A stretch of DNA of 64,000 nt from Octopus vulgaris. Its lineage: Eukaryota. The stretch is from assembly GCA_951406725.2 (NCBI GenBank), contig OX597828.1, positions 31,806,001-31,870,000 of the forward strand, written 5' to 3'. This document shows, piece by piece, positions 25,203-38,199 of this stretch; position 1 is the stretch's first letter, and each line of letters starts with the position of its first letter. Both the position numbers and the translations under genes were made by a program. The notes under the pieces are model-generated. The model did not search any database. It was given only the letters and a program-made list of their open reading frames with translations, and was not told where the DNA came from.

Positions 25203-25340
25203 TGGTGGCGACCCCTGCTGTACTCTTTCCCCACAACTTTCTCTCACTCTTTCTTCTGTTGGCCTGCTTGCTTAGTCAGCGGGTTGGCGTCATTTGAAGG
25301 CTAAAACAATGCGAAGCACATTGTGACCAACGTTGTGTAG
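25203..25340 (+). mobile_element. 5'-truncated copy of the 24189-family SINE
   Basis: Near-identical to 24321-24458. Confidence 0.9.
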
Positions 25341-26134
25341 ACATAAGCATAATTTTCTGAGGTCTTAGCGAAGTTTTCCTTCTAAGAAAATGAGTACTTT
25401 AATTTATAGACGGTTATAACATCTGATGAATAGGTTTCAACTTCAGATGTTAAACTAATTGTGAATGCATTCAGCGACAAAGCCTAATAATTCTGACTTA
25501 ACAAAATATCGTTATCAAAATGTCTCATAGTTACCCTTATTTCACCCATCGTTTCTAAAGCATCACCCGCCTGTATATCACCTAAAGATAGTGACGTTCG
25601 ATAACCAGCTCTGTAAGTCAGACTTATCACCCTGCGCAAATAGCATTCCTTACCCTATAATCGTTTTGATAGGTACAGATACGCAACTCGTAATTTTGAT
25701 AGGACTTTTGTATACGAAATTTTGTAGAAGCCAAAATGCGTTGAATATGAAAAGGCTGTAAAGAAATACCAGAAATAAATTCAATCTGTTGGATACTCTA
25801 CATTTTTCCAGCTTAAAGTCATAAAACAAATTAGAATAAGTAAAAGCATCTTAACACTTGAATGAATAAAATCAACGCACTTTGTATTATAAGATTAGAA
25901 ATTGTGACAATTCCAAATAATCAATATCTAAATTGTAACAAAACTCAACAATATTTGGTTAATAAATTGTTTTATCAAATTAGAATGTTTGCTGTACAGC
26001 TATTTTCTCACAATACAATGAGTTCAAAATTATAAGATCATTACCCCACAAACACTACCAAAATACATTATTAGCATTTTTCGCGTGGTATGTGTAAGAA
26101 GAAAGAGTCGTAATAACAATTACACAAAAAGCAA

Positions 26135-26290
26135 CATAGTAGTAGTAGTAGTAGTAAACTTATTATTAGTAGTAATAGTAGTAGTAGAAGTAGTAGTAGT
26201 AATACAAGTAATTGTTGTTGTTGTTGTCGTTGTTGTTGCTGTAGTAACTCTTAATGTTTGATGTTGTAGTTGTAATAACAGTGGTAGTTA
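26135..26290. repeat. Degenerate (TAG)n/(TTG)n tract
   Basis: Directly visible. Confidence 0.85.
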
Positions 26291-28338
26291 GATAGTATTT
26301 TGGACACTCGACACGCTTTTGATTGTGTGTTTCACCGAAGCGCAAATGCTATTTAAGGCTTATAACTCAAAAATGTCCTAAAATATTAGCTGCAATTCTT
26401 AAAAACAAAATCTATGGGGCATATAGATTTGGACCATTTAATCAGCATAACTGGACTTGCATTCTATTTATGAGAATTTTGACTCATACATGGCACGATA
26501 AAAGTGTTAAAATTAAATATTAACTGGAGCAACAAATGTGGCGGTATTTCATCATGCGATTTCTGCGTTTTAATCCAAATATTCTTGGTTATTGGCAAGA
26601 AAGAAATAAAGAAAGAAAGAAAGAAATGCTTAAAATATCTCTTCTTATTCCATCAATATTCTACACAAATTCTCTCATTAACCAAAATAGATAGGAATTA
26701 CTAATGCAATAATTCTTTATTCTCTTACTTCTATATTTATATGTGATATAAGACGCACTGTGAATTAAGATTCTCATGGAATCTATAGAAAATACAGTAA
26801 GACCAGAGTTGAACAACTGTAAGTCATCATTTAAAGAATTACGTTATTAAGATTTCTTTGAAATAATGTCTTGTAATATTTCTATACTGGAATTTCTAAT
26901 TTAAATCTCTTTTTAAATTTACTAAATTTTATCGCTAGCTGCTGTTGTCAGTATGACATTTAGACACTCAGTCATATTTAACGATATTTTAAACAAACGT
27001 GTTTGAATTTCAGGGTAATTTTTTGAAGAAGTTACACTAACAAATAAATCATCATTCTATATCCGTATATGACAAAAGCAAAAGTATTGATTTATTTCAT
27101 TGAAAAAGCTCTTTTTTTCTCAATTCGCCCTCAATGAATGAAAATTTTCAAACCTTTTCTAAATCTCCATTATCCCAAATTAAATGTGACTGAAAGGTAG
27201 AATTTCAAAGAGAAGAAACAATTTCGATTGCTAAATATAATGTTCAAGAGAGAGAGCAATTTTATTTGGTCCGTGAAATAATCAATATATAATATCCATA
27301 GATAAGCGTAAAATCAATAAATAGATTAATTTGATTTTGATATTGTTCGTCTCGCTTTCCAAATATGGAGATTGATTTCTAACACTGAATTGATTTGTCA
27401 GTGTGATGAGGCGGATTGCAGAATATTTAGACAGTATCCATTGCAAAATTAAACGGTAATTATGATCCTTAGCAATACCAACATTACATTAATTGACAAC
27501 ACTTCAAATCTCGTTCATCAACATAAATCGCAAACCTATCTAGATTTAAAATTAATTTTCCTAGGGAATCCTTCATTTAAAGAGGGATATTTATTTGAAA
27601 TATGAGTCAGGAACATAAAACAACAAACTACAATATCAATACTGCATACAAAATCATAAAATATAAGATACATATTATTCAGGTACCTGCTTCCAACTAT
27701 AACAGAAATGATAAATTATTATCTTGATGTTATTCATGTAAATAAAACAGTCAAAGCAACTTTCAAAATAAGCAAAGCTTCAAGGAAAAGAATATGAGCT
27801 GCCAAATAGACATCGCTGGTTTATAGAAACTGCATAATGGAATTTCAAACACGAATGGAATGTTTGGAGTAATAATCGCGTGATTGAAATACTTCAGCTT
27901 ACAAATGAAGTCATAATGTTTAACTTTACTAGGAAAACGTATTTCTCTATAACATAGTCCTTCTTGAAGGCCACTTTAATTTTCACTTTCGCTTGAGACA
28001 TACGGTAATTAGAAAATTTTATTTGAACATCAATTTGCAGTATATAATTTCAAATGGCTTTAAATTGGCATTGAATCTTAAATGTAAAATGAAACGTAGG
28101 TGATATGAATTTCATGACAATCATTTCAAGTGTTGTCTATCAAATTTGTTAGTGCATTATTTATTAACTTGTTATAGAAGTGATTCTTTTTTAATGAGCG
28201 CAAAAATGTAAAATAATTTGAGTAATGCAAAGCATTGTAAATTTCGACATCAACAGAGCTGACATTTTACATTTCCATGCCTTTAGTAGTTTATGAACTA
28301 CAATGCGTTCAGTGACATCCTGCACACTTTTCTTATTT

Positions 28339-28377
<39 letters not shown>

Positions 28378-30044
28378 ATCTATTCACTGTAGTTATCAAT
28401 TAAGGCAGAAATGTGTTTTATATGAAATGTGTTTTATCTGTCATCATTCCATCTTGATTCTTAAAACAAAGAATTTCTGGAATTGCATTTTCTCCGTGTT
28501 ATCTGTAATGTTAGATGTATAAATGTAATTAGCAATGCATAAACATTTAATTCGTTAATGTCATTATTATTTATCAAACTGATGCTTAAAATAGATAAAT
28601 ACAGCACAGTTTTTGTTCAATAGAACATTGCATGTATTAATTGAAGGAAAAGAAATTTCCCATATTACACATATCAGATATTTAATGTATCAAAATATAT
28701 CTTCGACGCATGTGCTACAATATTCGCAATGAATATTTAACATACAACAATCGATATGAAGGCACAAGTTGAGGAATTAAGAATTAATAATTAAACCAAA
28801 CTAGAGCAACACTGTAATTATCTAAACCACAACATGCAGCAAATTATTTAATGATGATGATGAAATGAACGAAAAGTGTATTACTTGTACGAAATCTGAC
28901 GCTAGTTTTAAATCGCTGTATATAAATCTCTTTAATTGACGCCAGACATGCTGGGAATTCACTTTCACTTTCCAATTTATATTTAGCTCGTTGCAATGAT
29001 TAAGTTAAATGTACCACTACAAAACTTTTTAATTAGTGGTTGTATTAATCCGCAAGCAATACAATACAAATAAACTGCCAATGCAAACCACTCCATGTTT
29101 TATAATTTAAAGTACATTAAGTGATTTAAATCGCGGATTATACAGTTACGCATAACCAATCCCAAGCAAGTCAAAGCAAAAATTAGTTTTTAAGTAATGC
29201 AATCCTTTGTGAGAATTAAAAAGAATTCGCGAATATAGAATACACTATACTAGACTGATACTAAGGATAATTATGGAAAGTTACACTGCATTACACAGAA
29301 AGTTATAAAATATAGAGTTACAAGTTTAAGTGTTAAAGATAGTAACGCAAGCTGCAATATGGAAAGTAATGCCTCACTTGGATATAAACATTTATTAAAT
29401 TGTGTAATAATAATATATACATCATACGGTTTATGAAAATTCGTGCTTCGCGCAATGTTCTTAAATTTCATTTTGAGAGACAATATTGTTTTGCAGTATA
29501 CAGACAATGACGCGTAATCGCATTGTGTGTGTGTATTTGTATTTAAGAGCATGTTTGTGCATGCGTGTGGACCAAAAGAACCTACTTCCGTCGACAAAAT
29601 TCTGTCTTCTTATATTGATTTCTCTTCTCCAAACCCTATATTTCGGACCCCAACCCTCCAGGTTTCCTTGCCCATATCCTTCCCGAAGTCTTGATTCCGC
29701 TTCTCTGATGTGCCATAATTTAAAAATTTTGATAGTTTTCTTAGCAATTTAGTGATTGCCTACGCTGCCTCAAGCGCGATTGCTTCCGTCGCCTACTACA
29801 GCACTTTCGTTACATAATTTAATTCGTCCTTAATAGAAAGACACCTGTTGTTATGTCCATTATTTGCACCTGTATTTCTGTACCATTTCTCTGTCTTTTC
29901 TGTTCTAGTTTTCGTATACATTCGCTGCTTTATTGAAAGGAATCTAGTGCTCTTAAATTAGTTTTTCTTTGGGGATGGCCACATTAGAGCACTCTGGAGT
30001 ATACCCAGCCGACATCGCAAAGATAATCTGGAATTCGACTGTAG

Positions 30045-30081
<37 letters not shown>

Positions 30082-30550
30082 GTGTGTGTGTGTTTCTATT
30101 CCTCGAATATGATATCATCCTTAAAGCGGTCAACGACAAACAGGTAGTATGTTACAATTTCACATCCACATCCACTTTAATATTTATTCCATTCATTTCT
30201 AATAAATCTTGGGTATGGGTATGTAAATATTTCAGCAAAGCGTGTGAGGAACTTCATAACATATCTTGTTAACATTTCTTCGATGGGCTTATATTTACAA
30301 AATGTCTTTATTATTTAAATATTGTAAAATTGCAAAAAATATAATGAAGAATCACTGCTAAATTGTCAGAGATGTGTAACATTTATACTTAATATTAATA
30401 GATTGAAAATATGTTGACAGCATCAAACAATTTAGAGTCGGTGGTAAATTGCTTTATCTAGCAAATAATCACCTGTTACATTTGTATTGCTTTACGTCTT
30501 ACATACACACATATATACGTATATATACATATATATGTGTGTGTGTATAT

Positions 30551-30636
<86 letters not shown>

Positions 30637-30650
30637 TGTGTGTGTGTGTT

Positions 30651-30936
30651 GAGGCGCAATGGCACAGTGGTTAGGGCAGCGGGCTCGCGGTTTCGATTCC
30701 CAGACCGGGCGTTGTAAGTGTTTATTGAGCGAAAACACCTTAAAAAGCTCCACGAGGCTCCAGCAGGGAGTGGCGATCCCTGCTGTACTCTTTCACCTCT
30801 CTTTCGTTCACTCTTTCTTCTGTTGGCCTGCTCGCTTAGCCATCGGAGTGGCGTCATTCGAAGGCTAAAACAATGCGAACGCATTTTGACCAGCGATGTG
30901 TAACAACATCTGATGGTCTGGTCGGTCACGTGATGA
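30651..30936 (+). mobile_element. tRNA-derived SINE (24189 family)
   Basis: Colinear with 24189-24490, with a small deletion in the anticodon region. Confidence 0.92.
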
Positions 30937-31017
30937 TATACATATATGTGTGTGTGTGTGTGCGTGTGTGTGTGTCTATGTACATGCATATATACATACA
31001 TATATTTATACATACAA

Positions 31018-31135
31018 AGTTGAAATTTATACAAAAATGACGAAGACAGGTGTATAAACGAAAAAGTGTAGTAGTTCGAGCCCGCGAAAGAAGGAAATTT
31101 ATTTAACTTTTCGAGCATACGCTCTTCCGCAGTAA
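31018..31135 (-). mobile_element. Penelope-like terminal-repeat family fragment with hammerhead-like motif
   Basis: GACGAAGACAGGTGT..AAC matches the 9691 copy; minus strand CTGCGGA-A-GAGC-GTAT-GCTC-GAAA. Confidence 0.5.
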
Positions 31136-31171
31136 TGAATATTAGGAAATAAACAGATACAGAATGAAAAA

Positions 31172-31260
31172 TACGAGTTCAGTGATCTGATCAATAAGTA
31201 TCCGGACTGCTGCCATTGTAACACGCAGAGTGGAGCCGCTTGGTACACTTTGACGTTAAA
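31172..31260 (+). mobile_element. Solo end of a mariner-like element
   Basis: TACGAG...TGATCAATAAGTATCCGGACT resembles mariner terminal inverted repeats; partner end not found. Confidence 0.35.
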
Positions 31261-31699
31261 CTGCTTTGCATACGCACTATGTTTTACATATATATATATG
31301 AAGAATTTGTGATAATTGATGTTCATGTCTCATCTCCCTCTTTGTTTCGTAGAGAGTGTTATCTTGTGTGTGCATGCTGCAATGTATTCACAATGTGTGA
31401 GATATGTGCAGTGATTCGATTTGGCTACGACACTGTGTCCATGTTTATCAAGCTCTCTTTTTACAGCAACGCTCCCCCACCCCATTATATGTATCTTTAT
31501 TCCCTGAACTTTAGTATTTAGTATTAAAGTTAGTGAATCTTTTGTTCAAACAATTATTAGCAGTGTTTGTGATTTTGTTGCTAGTATCAACAGTCATATA
31601 TTGTCTATTAACAATCTTCATATTGTATACATGTATTCAAGGTATACACCAATTATTTCCATTGTGTGACCTGTTATATATTGTCCGGTATAGATATAG

Positions 31700-31927
31700 A
31701 CAAGTTATTAGACTCAGGTTCGTAAGATTGTAGTTTCGATTCCTGAATCGGGCGACGCATTGTGTTCTTGAGCAAAACAGCACTTCACGCTGCTCCGGTC
31801 CACTCTACTGGTGAAAATTTAGTAATCCTGCGACGAGCAAGAGAATATTCTCAAGCAAGAGAATATACACACCATTGATACCAGGAAACCGGCCCTGAGA
31901 TGCGCCTGGCATGGCTCGAGAAGGAAA
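31700..31927 (+). mobile_element. Degraded SINE (CORE-like centre plus 19505-type tail)
   Basis: GTTTCGATTCC box B, TGTGTTCTTGAGCAAAAC, tail GGAAACCGGCCC...GGCATGGCTCGAGAAGG. Confidence 0.7.
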
Positions 31928-32099
31928 TATTTGTTTTACTACTTATAAATATATGATGGAATTTTATATAGTTAGGCCGCGAACTCTATTAGAGTTCTAG
32001 TTATTAGCATTCTGCAAACAGTATCAGTTCTAGATATATTCTTGATTTTCCACTCCAATATTTTGGTATTCTTTGATAATTAACATACTCTGTACCAGA

Positions 32100-32835
32100 A
32101 CAGGCTTTCATGATTTCTGTTCGGAAATCTTTAGGCAAAAGTCTACTGCTTTAGGTTTCATGAGTGCATTTCTAAGCAACTGATACGGTATCTTTCTGTC
32201 ATCGCTACAACATTGCCTTTCTAATGCTCCACTCTTCCGTTCCTATATATTCCTTATTTCAATTTACAATTTTTAATTTTGTGTTCACTTGAAAACAATG
32301 CTTGTTTTACATTTCTTCCATACATTTAAGACGCATTTGCACTGGTTTCTTTCACTATTTATTAATACAAGCTTTATTTCTAGCGGACGTACTTTTAAAT
32401 AATTTCCCGCTTCCAACAGTCTCCTATCTGTAACTATAAGCCTCCGGTGTTATGAGGTGCGCGGTGTACCTTGAATACAGTCGTCATTTAATTATGTCAC
32501 GTTCAGTCTAACCATGCTCTACATCATCCAGTGATAAATTGAGAATATTAAAAATTTCGAGGACAGCTAAAATATTGGTGCCTGTTAATATGTTTCTGCT
32601 TTAAGCAATGCACTATGTATTAAACTAATGTGCCTATTATTCCTTTTAGTAAAGTACTCTGCCATGTACTTTTATAGGAAGGGGTTACATGATTTAATCA
32701 TCGATTTGTAAGTATTGTTAGACTGAATTTGTTAAAGTTCTCATATAGATATATCTTTATATAGCACGATGGTAATGTGCACAATTAATTATCCTCTCTT
32801 CAACGTCGCCTTGTCGCATCTTTCTAATCAGAGTA
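32100..32835 (-). mobile_element. Degraded RTE-like LINE remnant
   Basis: Minus-strand MRQGD (RT motif-like) near 32815 and DRKIPYQLL (RTE C-terminal-like) near 32190. Confidence 0.35.
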
Positions 32836-32984
32836 GCATATCAATTTCTTTTAGAAATGCGTACTGTCTGCAGGAATTTTTCTGATTGTCTGCTGCATTG
32901 TACGATGCCAGTTCATGTGTATACAGAAGATTGCTGAATATTCCAGTCAAGTGTATGTCATCATGTAGAGGTGTTAGAACACAC

Positions 32985-33024
<40 letters not shown>

Positions 33025-33605
33025 AAAGAGCTATAAGAGAGAGAAGGAGAGGGAATTACGTTTGACCAAATATACGCCTGGTATATTTTATATATCTGTA
33101 AATTACGTGCTACTTCACACATGACTAATGTCTTGATGTGAAACTTGCTTAAAGAACACCTTTCAAATCTATGTTACGTTCAATCTCTTCTTTCTAATTC
33201 AGCATTCATAGTAGCTTTACTGATCACTGAATTACATTTAGAATGTTAGCATTGTTAACGTTCTCTTTTAGCCATAAAACGTTCAGTTATTATGTATCTG
33301 CAGATTTTAGAGTTTGCGTTGTTTAATTTTGTCATATCTTTCTAATTTTTTCAATCAGTCATCCTTTTATATTTTGAACAAAGCATAGTGCCAAAGACTA
33401 TAGGACAAGATATTGCACAGTATTCTCTCGAGGGACCTCACAGATCTACATGCGGTGGAAGAAAGAGTCTTCAAAAAGAAGAAACGAAAAATTATAAAGG
33501 AACACCGAATGACGGTGCAACAGCATGGCCACAGCTCGTGAGCTGAAACTAGTTCAATCCAATTCATTTCATATATATATGTCTCTGTGTGTGTATGTAT
33601 GCACA

Positions 33606-33675
<70 letters not shown>

Positions 33676-33676
<1 letters not shown>

Positions 33677-34090
33677 TCTTTTACTCTTTTACTTGTTTCA
33701 GTCATTTGACTGCGGCCATGCTGGAGCACCGCCTTTGGTCGAGCAAATCGACCCCGGGACTTATTCTTTGTAAGCCCAGTACTTATTCTATCGGTCTCTT
33801 TTGCCGAACCGCTAAGTGACGGGGACGTAAACACACCAGCATCAGTTGTCAAGCAATGCTAGGGGGACAAACACAGACACACAAACACATACACGCACAC
33901 TTATATATATATATATATATACATATATACGACAGGCCTCTTTCAGTTTCCGTCTACGAAATCCACTCACAAGGCATTGGTCGGCCCGGGGCTATAGCAG
34001 AAGACACTTGCCCAAGATGCCACGCAGTGGGACTGAACCCGGAACCATGTGGTTGGTTAGCAAGCTACTTACCACACAGCCACTCCTGCC
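33676..34090 (-). mobile_element. Young, near full-length tRNA-derived CORE-like SINE with internal microsatellite
   Basis: Minus strand GGCAGGAGTGGCTGTGTGG (box A), GGGTTCAGTCCC (box B), CTTGGGCAAGTGTCTT, internal (AT)/(GT), tail GGCGGTGCTCCAGCATGGCCGCAGTCAAATGACTGAAACAAGTAAAAGAG; inserted in (AT)n. Confidence 0.93.
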
Positions 34091-34092
34091 AA

Positions 34093-34137
<45 letters not shown>

Positions 34138-34414
34138 GATATCTTGAGAAAAAAGTCGTCAGAATTATGAAAAAATATTATTTTTATTTCTTCATTATTA
34201 TTACCCTTTCGTTCGTTTCTCGAGCTTGCCAAATTAAGTTTCGTGAATGTACAGACATATTGTTCATTTATATTAAACAGATGTTTTGGAGGGGGTGGGG
34301 TTGTTAAGAAAAGAACATTGTTTATGTTTTTGGGGTGAGGTTCCATGAACAATGTAGATGGATAGATAGAAATATAGGTTGGTAGATTGGTTGATAGACA
34401 GACAAACAGACGGA

Positions 34415-34419
34415 TAGAC

Positions 34420-34480
<61 letters not shown>
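34415..34480. repeat. (GATA)n tetranucleotide repeat
   Basis: Directly visible. Confidence 0.95.
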
Positions 34481-34481
<1 letters not shown>

Positions 34482-34790
34482 TGAGAGAGAGAGATTCCCC
34501 TTACTATTCACCATTCATTTATTCATATATTTAGTTAGTTTTTTGCCATTGTATTGCAATATTTTAAACTATATTGATATCTTCCCCAAAAAATAAATTG
34601 ATGCGGTGTCATCACTGGAAGTCTTTTTGCTTTCTTTCTCTATTCTCCTTTCATTGTTTTTGCTTCTTTCTATCTTTTTCTCTTCTTTGAGTATATTTGC
34701 AATACAAAATGTACGGCATCCTCTTTTGTTTTAAACAGTCAATTTTCGAGCGTATGTGACTGTATGTATGTATGTATGTATGTATGTATT

Positions 34791-34868
<78 letters not shown>

Positions 34869-34879
34869 CATATATGGAA

Positions 34880-35860
34880 ACAAATCAAGGTAGAAAGTGC
34901 TAAAGTAATTTTATAATAAACATTTCAGTAACGGTTTCAGTCATTGAGACATTTTAAGTGTAAGAATGGAAAACAATTCAATTTGAAAAAAATTAAAAGA
35001 AAAGTATTTAAAAAGAATATTTGCATAGTATACAAATACACGGAGCATTTTCCTTGTCACTGCCTGTCTCCACTCTCACGTCTACTCTTCTGGGTTCGAG
35101 CTTGTTGTGAATTCTTGGCAGGGAAGAAGAAAAAGAAGGAGAAGAAGAAGAAAAAGAAGAAAAAGAAGAAAAAGAAGAAGGGGAAGGAGAAGAACAAGAA
35201 CGCGGGAGTGTCATGATAGTCGTAGGAGGATAAATGGCCAAGTGCCCTGAAAGTGAATTGTTGTGGATGGTAGTAGTATTTGAATAATTTCTTGTGACAT
35301 CTCTTTTGAATGTATTGTTTATAAAATTTGCGTAGGTGTTATTCTAAACAGCTATAGTAAAGTTAGGATGGAGGTGGCGGAGAGGAAGAAAACGAAGAAG
35401 GAGAAGGAGAATGAGAAGGGAGAATAATAATAGAATGCTGGTGGTATTGTAGTAGTAGGATGTTAAATAGTCAATTGATCTAAATGTGATACGTTGTGGA
35501 TTATAGCAGTGATTGGGACTGTTTTTAATGAATTCTTTGGTATCCCTTGAGTGTATCATTTGCGTGTGTGTTTGTGTTATTCTAAGGCCGTGGTGGATAT
35601 ATAGTTTGCTGTAGATGCGTTTAAATGGGGTCTGTATTTTGTAGTAAACAGTGTCTTTTTACTAATTCGTTGACTATAGATTGTATCATCCCTGAATTGG
35701 TAAATGGAAAACATTATGAAGCTTGGGCTTTTGGTTATTGGTGCAATTATCGATGTGTTTGCTGAATGCTATTTTTCTGTTCTGGGGAATTTTTTCTGGG
35801 ATCTGTACTGAGCCATCCTTTGACGTAGACTGTTTTTTGTTTGACCTATGTATTAACGCA
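34880..35860 (-). mobile_element. Penelope-like retroelement 3' part: GIY-YIG endonuclease C-terminal half and terminal region
   Basis: Minus strand from 35852: [19 protein letters not shown]../[14 protein letters not shown]../PIYQF....QRISKKTLFTTKYRPHLN; degenerate hammerhead-like GTC..GACT-GAAACCGTTA near 34930; AT-microsatellite flanks. Confidence 0.75.
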
Positions 35861-35891
35861 AGGTATATACGTATGTATTTATGCACATATG

Positions 35892-35938
<47 letters not shown>

Positions 35939-35976
35939 GAAGGTATGTATATATGTGGTGAGTGTACACATATATT

Positions 35977-36013
<37 letters not shown>

Positions 36014-36400
36014 GTATATATACATATATGCATATATGTATATACATACATATATGTAGTAGTCTGAAGATAAATAGTTGAATTTTCTATCTCGCAAGAC
36101 ATTTTATAGAGTTACGCCCCCTTTACGAAGTTTCTCGGAACATCTGTAATTCTTAATCATTGAAGAAGCTTTGCGTTTAAGTCAGAAGTTTCTAGAATGT
36201 CTAGCGTTCCATTAATGAAAACAGATTGCTAAAGTTGTTCTTTGCTTCCTAGTCGATTCAACTCAGAGCCATGTATGCCATTGTTATGTCCATCAACTGT
36301 TATCCCTATATTTACCATTTATGAACTTTCTTGCATAGATTACTTTATTCAACTAGATGCTTCATTTTCATTATATTTCATCGTCGACAAATATATAATA

Positions 36401-36784
36401 CTAGCAGTATCGCCCGGCGTTGCTCAGGTTTGTAAGGGAAATAACTATAAAGCATTTTTAGAGAGTTATAGCCAAAAAATAGCAAAAAAATGGAAAAAAA
36501 ATGATGGTAAATTTTTTGAGAGTTAAAAAAGGTGGAGTTGCGTCCCCTAGACGGTCTGTGGTTTGGGTTTCTGATTCTCGACCCCATGTCGAATTTATCG
36601 ATTTTTTTTCAGAACTGGGGGAACTTTTCAAAATTTTCGCTGCGTTAGTTTTGAATTATGACATTGGGCTATGTGTGTGTCAAGTTTCATCGGAATCGGT
36701 TGAAAGCCGTGGTCAGAGTGAGGGTACGAGAAAACAGACACACAGAAACACGCACAGACAAACTGCCGTTTATATAGAGAGAGA
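36401..36784 (-). mobile_element. Non-autonomous Helitron (Lep1/DINE-like architecture)
   Basis: Minus strand begins TC(TC)nTATATA, ends ...CCTGAGCAACGCCGGGCGATACTGCTAG with a subterminal hairpin; inserted between A and T with no TSD; internal AAGTTTCATCGGAATCGG and ACAG/AC repeats. Confidence 0.82.
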
Positions 36785-36916
36785 TATATTTTTATGTAGT
36801 AAATATATAGTTCTTAAATATATGCTTCTTCTCTGTAATAATTCTCCTAATTATATACAGGCAGCCATATTAATACTTGGTACTGAACATATATTCTCAC
36901 TATATATATATATATA

Positions 36917-37804
36917 CACAGTGTGTGCGTCTAAGTTACGCAAAAATAAAAATAACAATGCCATCTCATTTTAATAGATATATCTACCACAATTACATGA
37001 AAATATCTTGACATAGTATGTATTAAATTCGTTCAATGAAAATGTCATTGGCTTCAAGACTTCGGAATATCCTGCAACTCTTCTGGACAGTCTTGTATAA
37101 GTCGGTAAATGCTGCCTTATTCCTTGTTGTCAGTTCATCTTTGGTAATAGAAGGAGTTTTATTGGTCTCTCGCTTAACTGCTCCCCACACATAATTATCA
37201 AGTGCTCGAGGTCTGGGGAGTTAGGTGGCCAGATTCCAGGAATGATGTGGTCGCAGACATTCTCTGATAGCCATGGCTGTTTTTCCTGATTGTCTGTTAT
37301 GATGCAGAATCCTGATGCCGGACATAGATTCTTCAGCAAACAATCTCATGATCCATGGCAGCACAACATCCTGCAGGAACTTCACATAGGCCTCCGGATT
37401 CAGCCTGAGACCTTCTGTAAAGATGAATAGAGGCATAACGTCGGCATCACTTGTGTTCATTTCAAACACCATGATGTTGACTTGATGTTTGATATTTATC
37501 AATCTCGGTAACTGTCCTTAGCTTGAACTGTCCACAGATTGACACCCAAGCATTCTTAAATGTTCGTACTGGATGTCCCGGCGCAAATGCCATGGTGTGT
37601 AGAATGTCGTTTCCATATTTCCAATTCACTCTGCCACAATTTTCCAAATTTCTGGCAGAGTAACTTGTGTTATAGTGCTGTTTTTATCAAAATGATTGAA
37701 TAACTGATCCTGCTAAAATATGTAGTCGACAAAATAAAAAAGAATCATGTGCATGCATGAAATTGAAAATATAGAAAGGTGCCGTTTTACCCATTACAAC
37801 CTGT
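36917..37804 (-). mobile_element. Tc1/mariner-superfamily fossil (maT/DD37D-like), internally deleted transposase pseudogene
   Basis: KHQVNIMVF...DVMPLFIF..GLRLN.EAY...LQDVVLPW..QDSA...WLSEN....IWPPNSPDL...D.YVWG; degenerate CAG.GTG inverted ends; D-to-D spacing about 37 after frameshift correction. Confidence 0.85.
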
Positions 37805-38138
37805 GCAAAGATTTTTGAAGACAACGCATAGAATATTTTTTTTTACCAGGTAATATTGGGTTTGGTCTTGTATATAGTTTTCCGGGCGTTGTCTATGACA
37901 AACCATGTACATTGTAAAGAATCTAAAGCTTCCCAAAACTGCATAAATTTCAGGAACGGAAATTTTATATCCGAATTTTAAAAAGTACATCTTCGTCGAA
38001 TTTAAACATGGAACACCTAATACATGTTAACGCTTTCCCATTTGGTTTCCATAATTTAAAAATATGTATTGTTTAACGTCGGTTATCTCACGTGTTTTTC
38101 TCTATCTGTTCCCATGTGTACGTGTGTCTGTGTGCATT

Positions 38139-38199
<61 letters not shown>

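Noticed and set aside
25417-25452. CTGATGA within a 10-bp hairpin as a hammerhead
   Set aside because: No GAAA core or stem II; the core itself is sequestered in the stem
34944-35241. Poly-Lys / Ser-Phe ORFs
   Set aside because: Compound (GAA)n repeat inside the Penelope-like remnant
36501-36974. 157-aa ORF
   Set aside because: Chance antisense frame across the non-autonomous Helitron and its flank; no domain recognised
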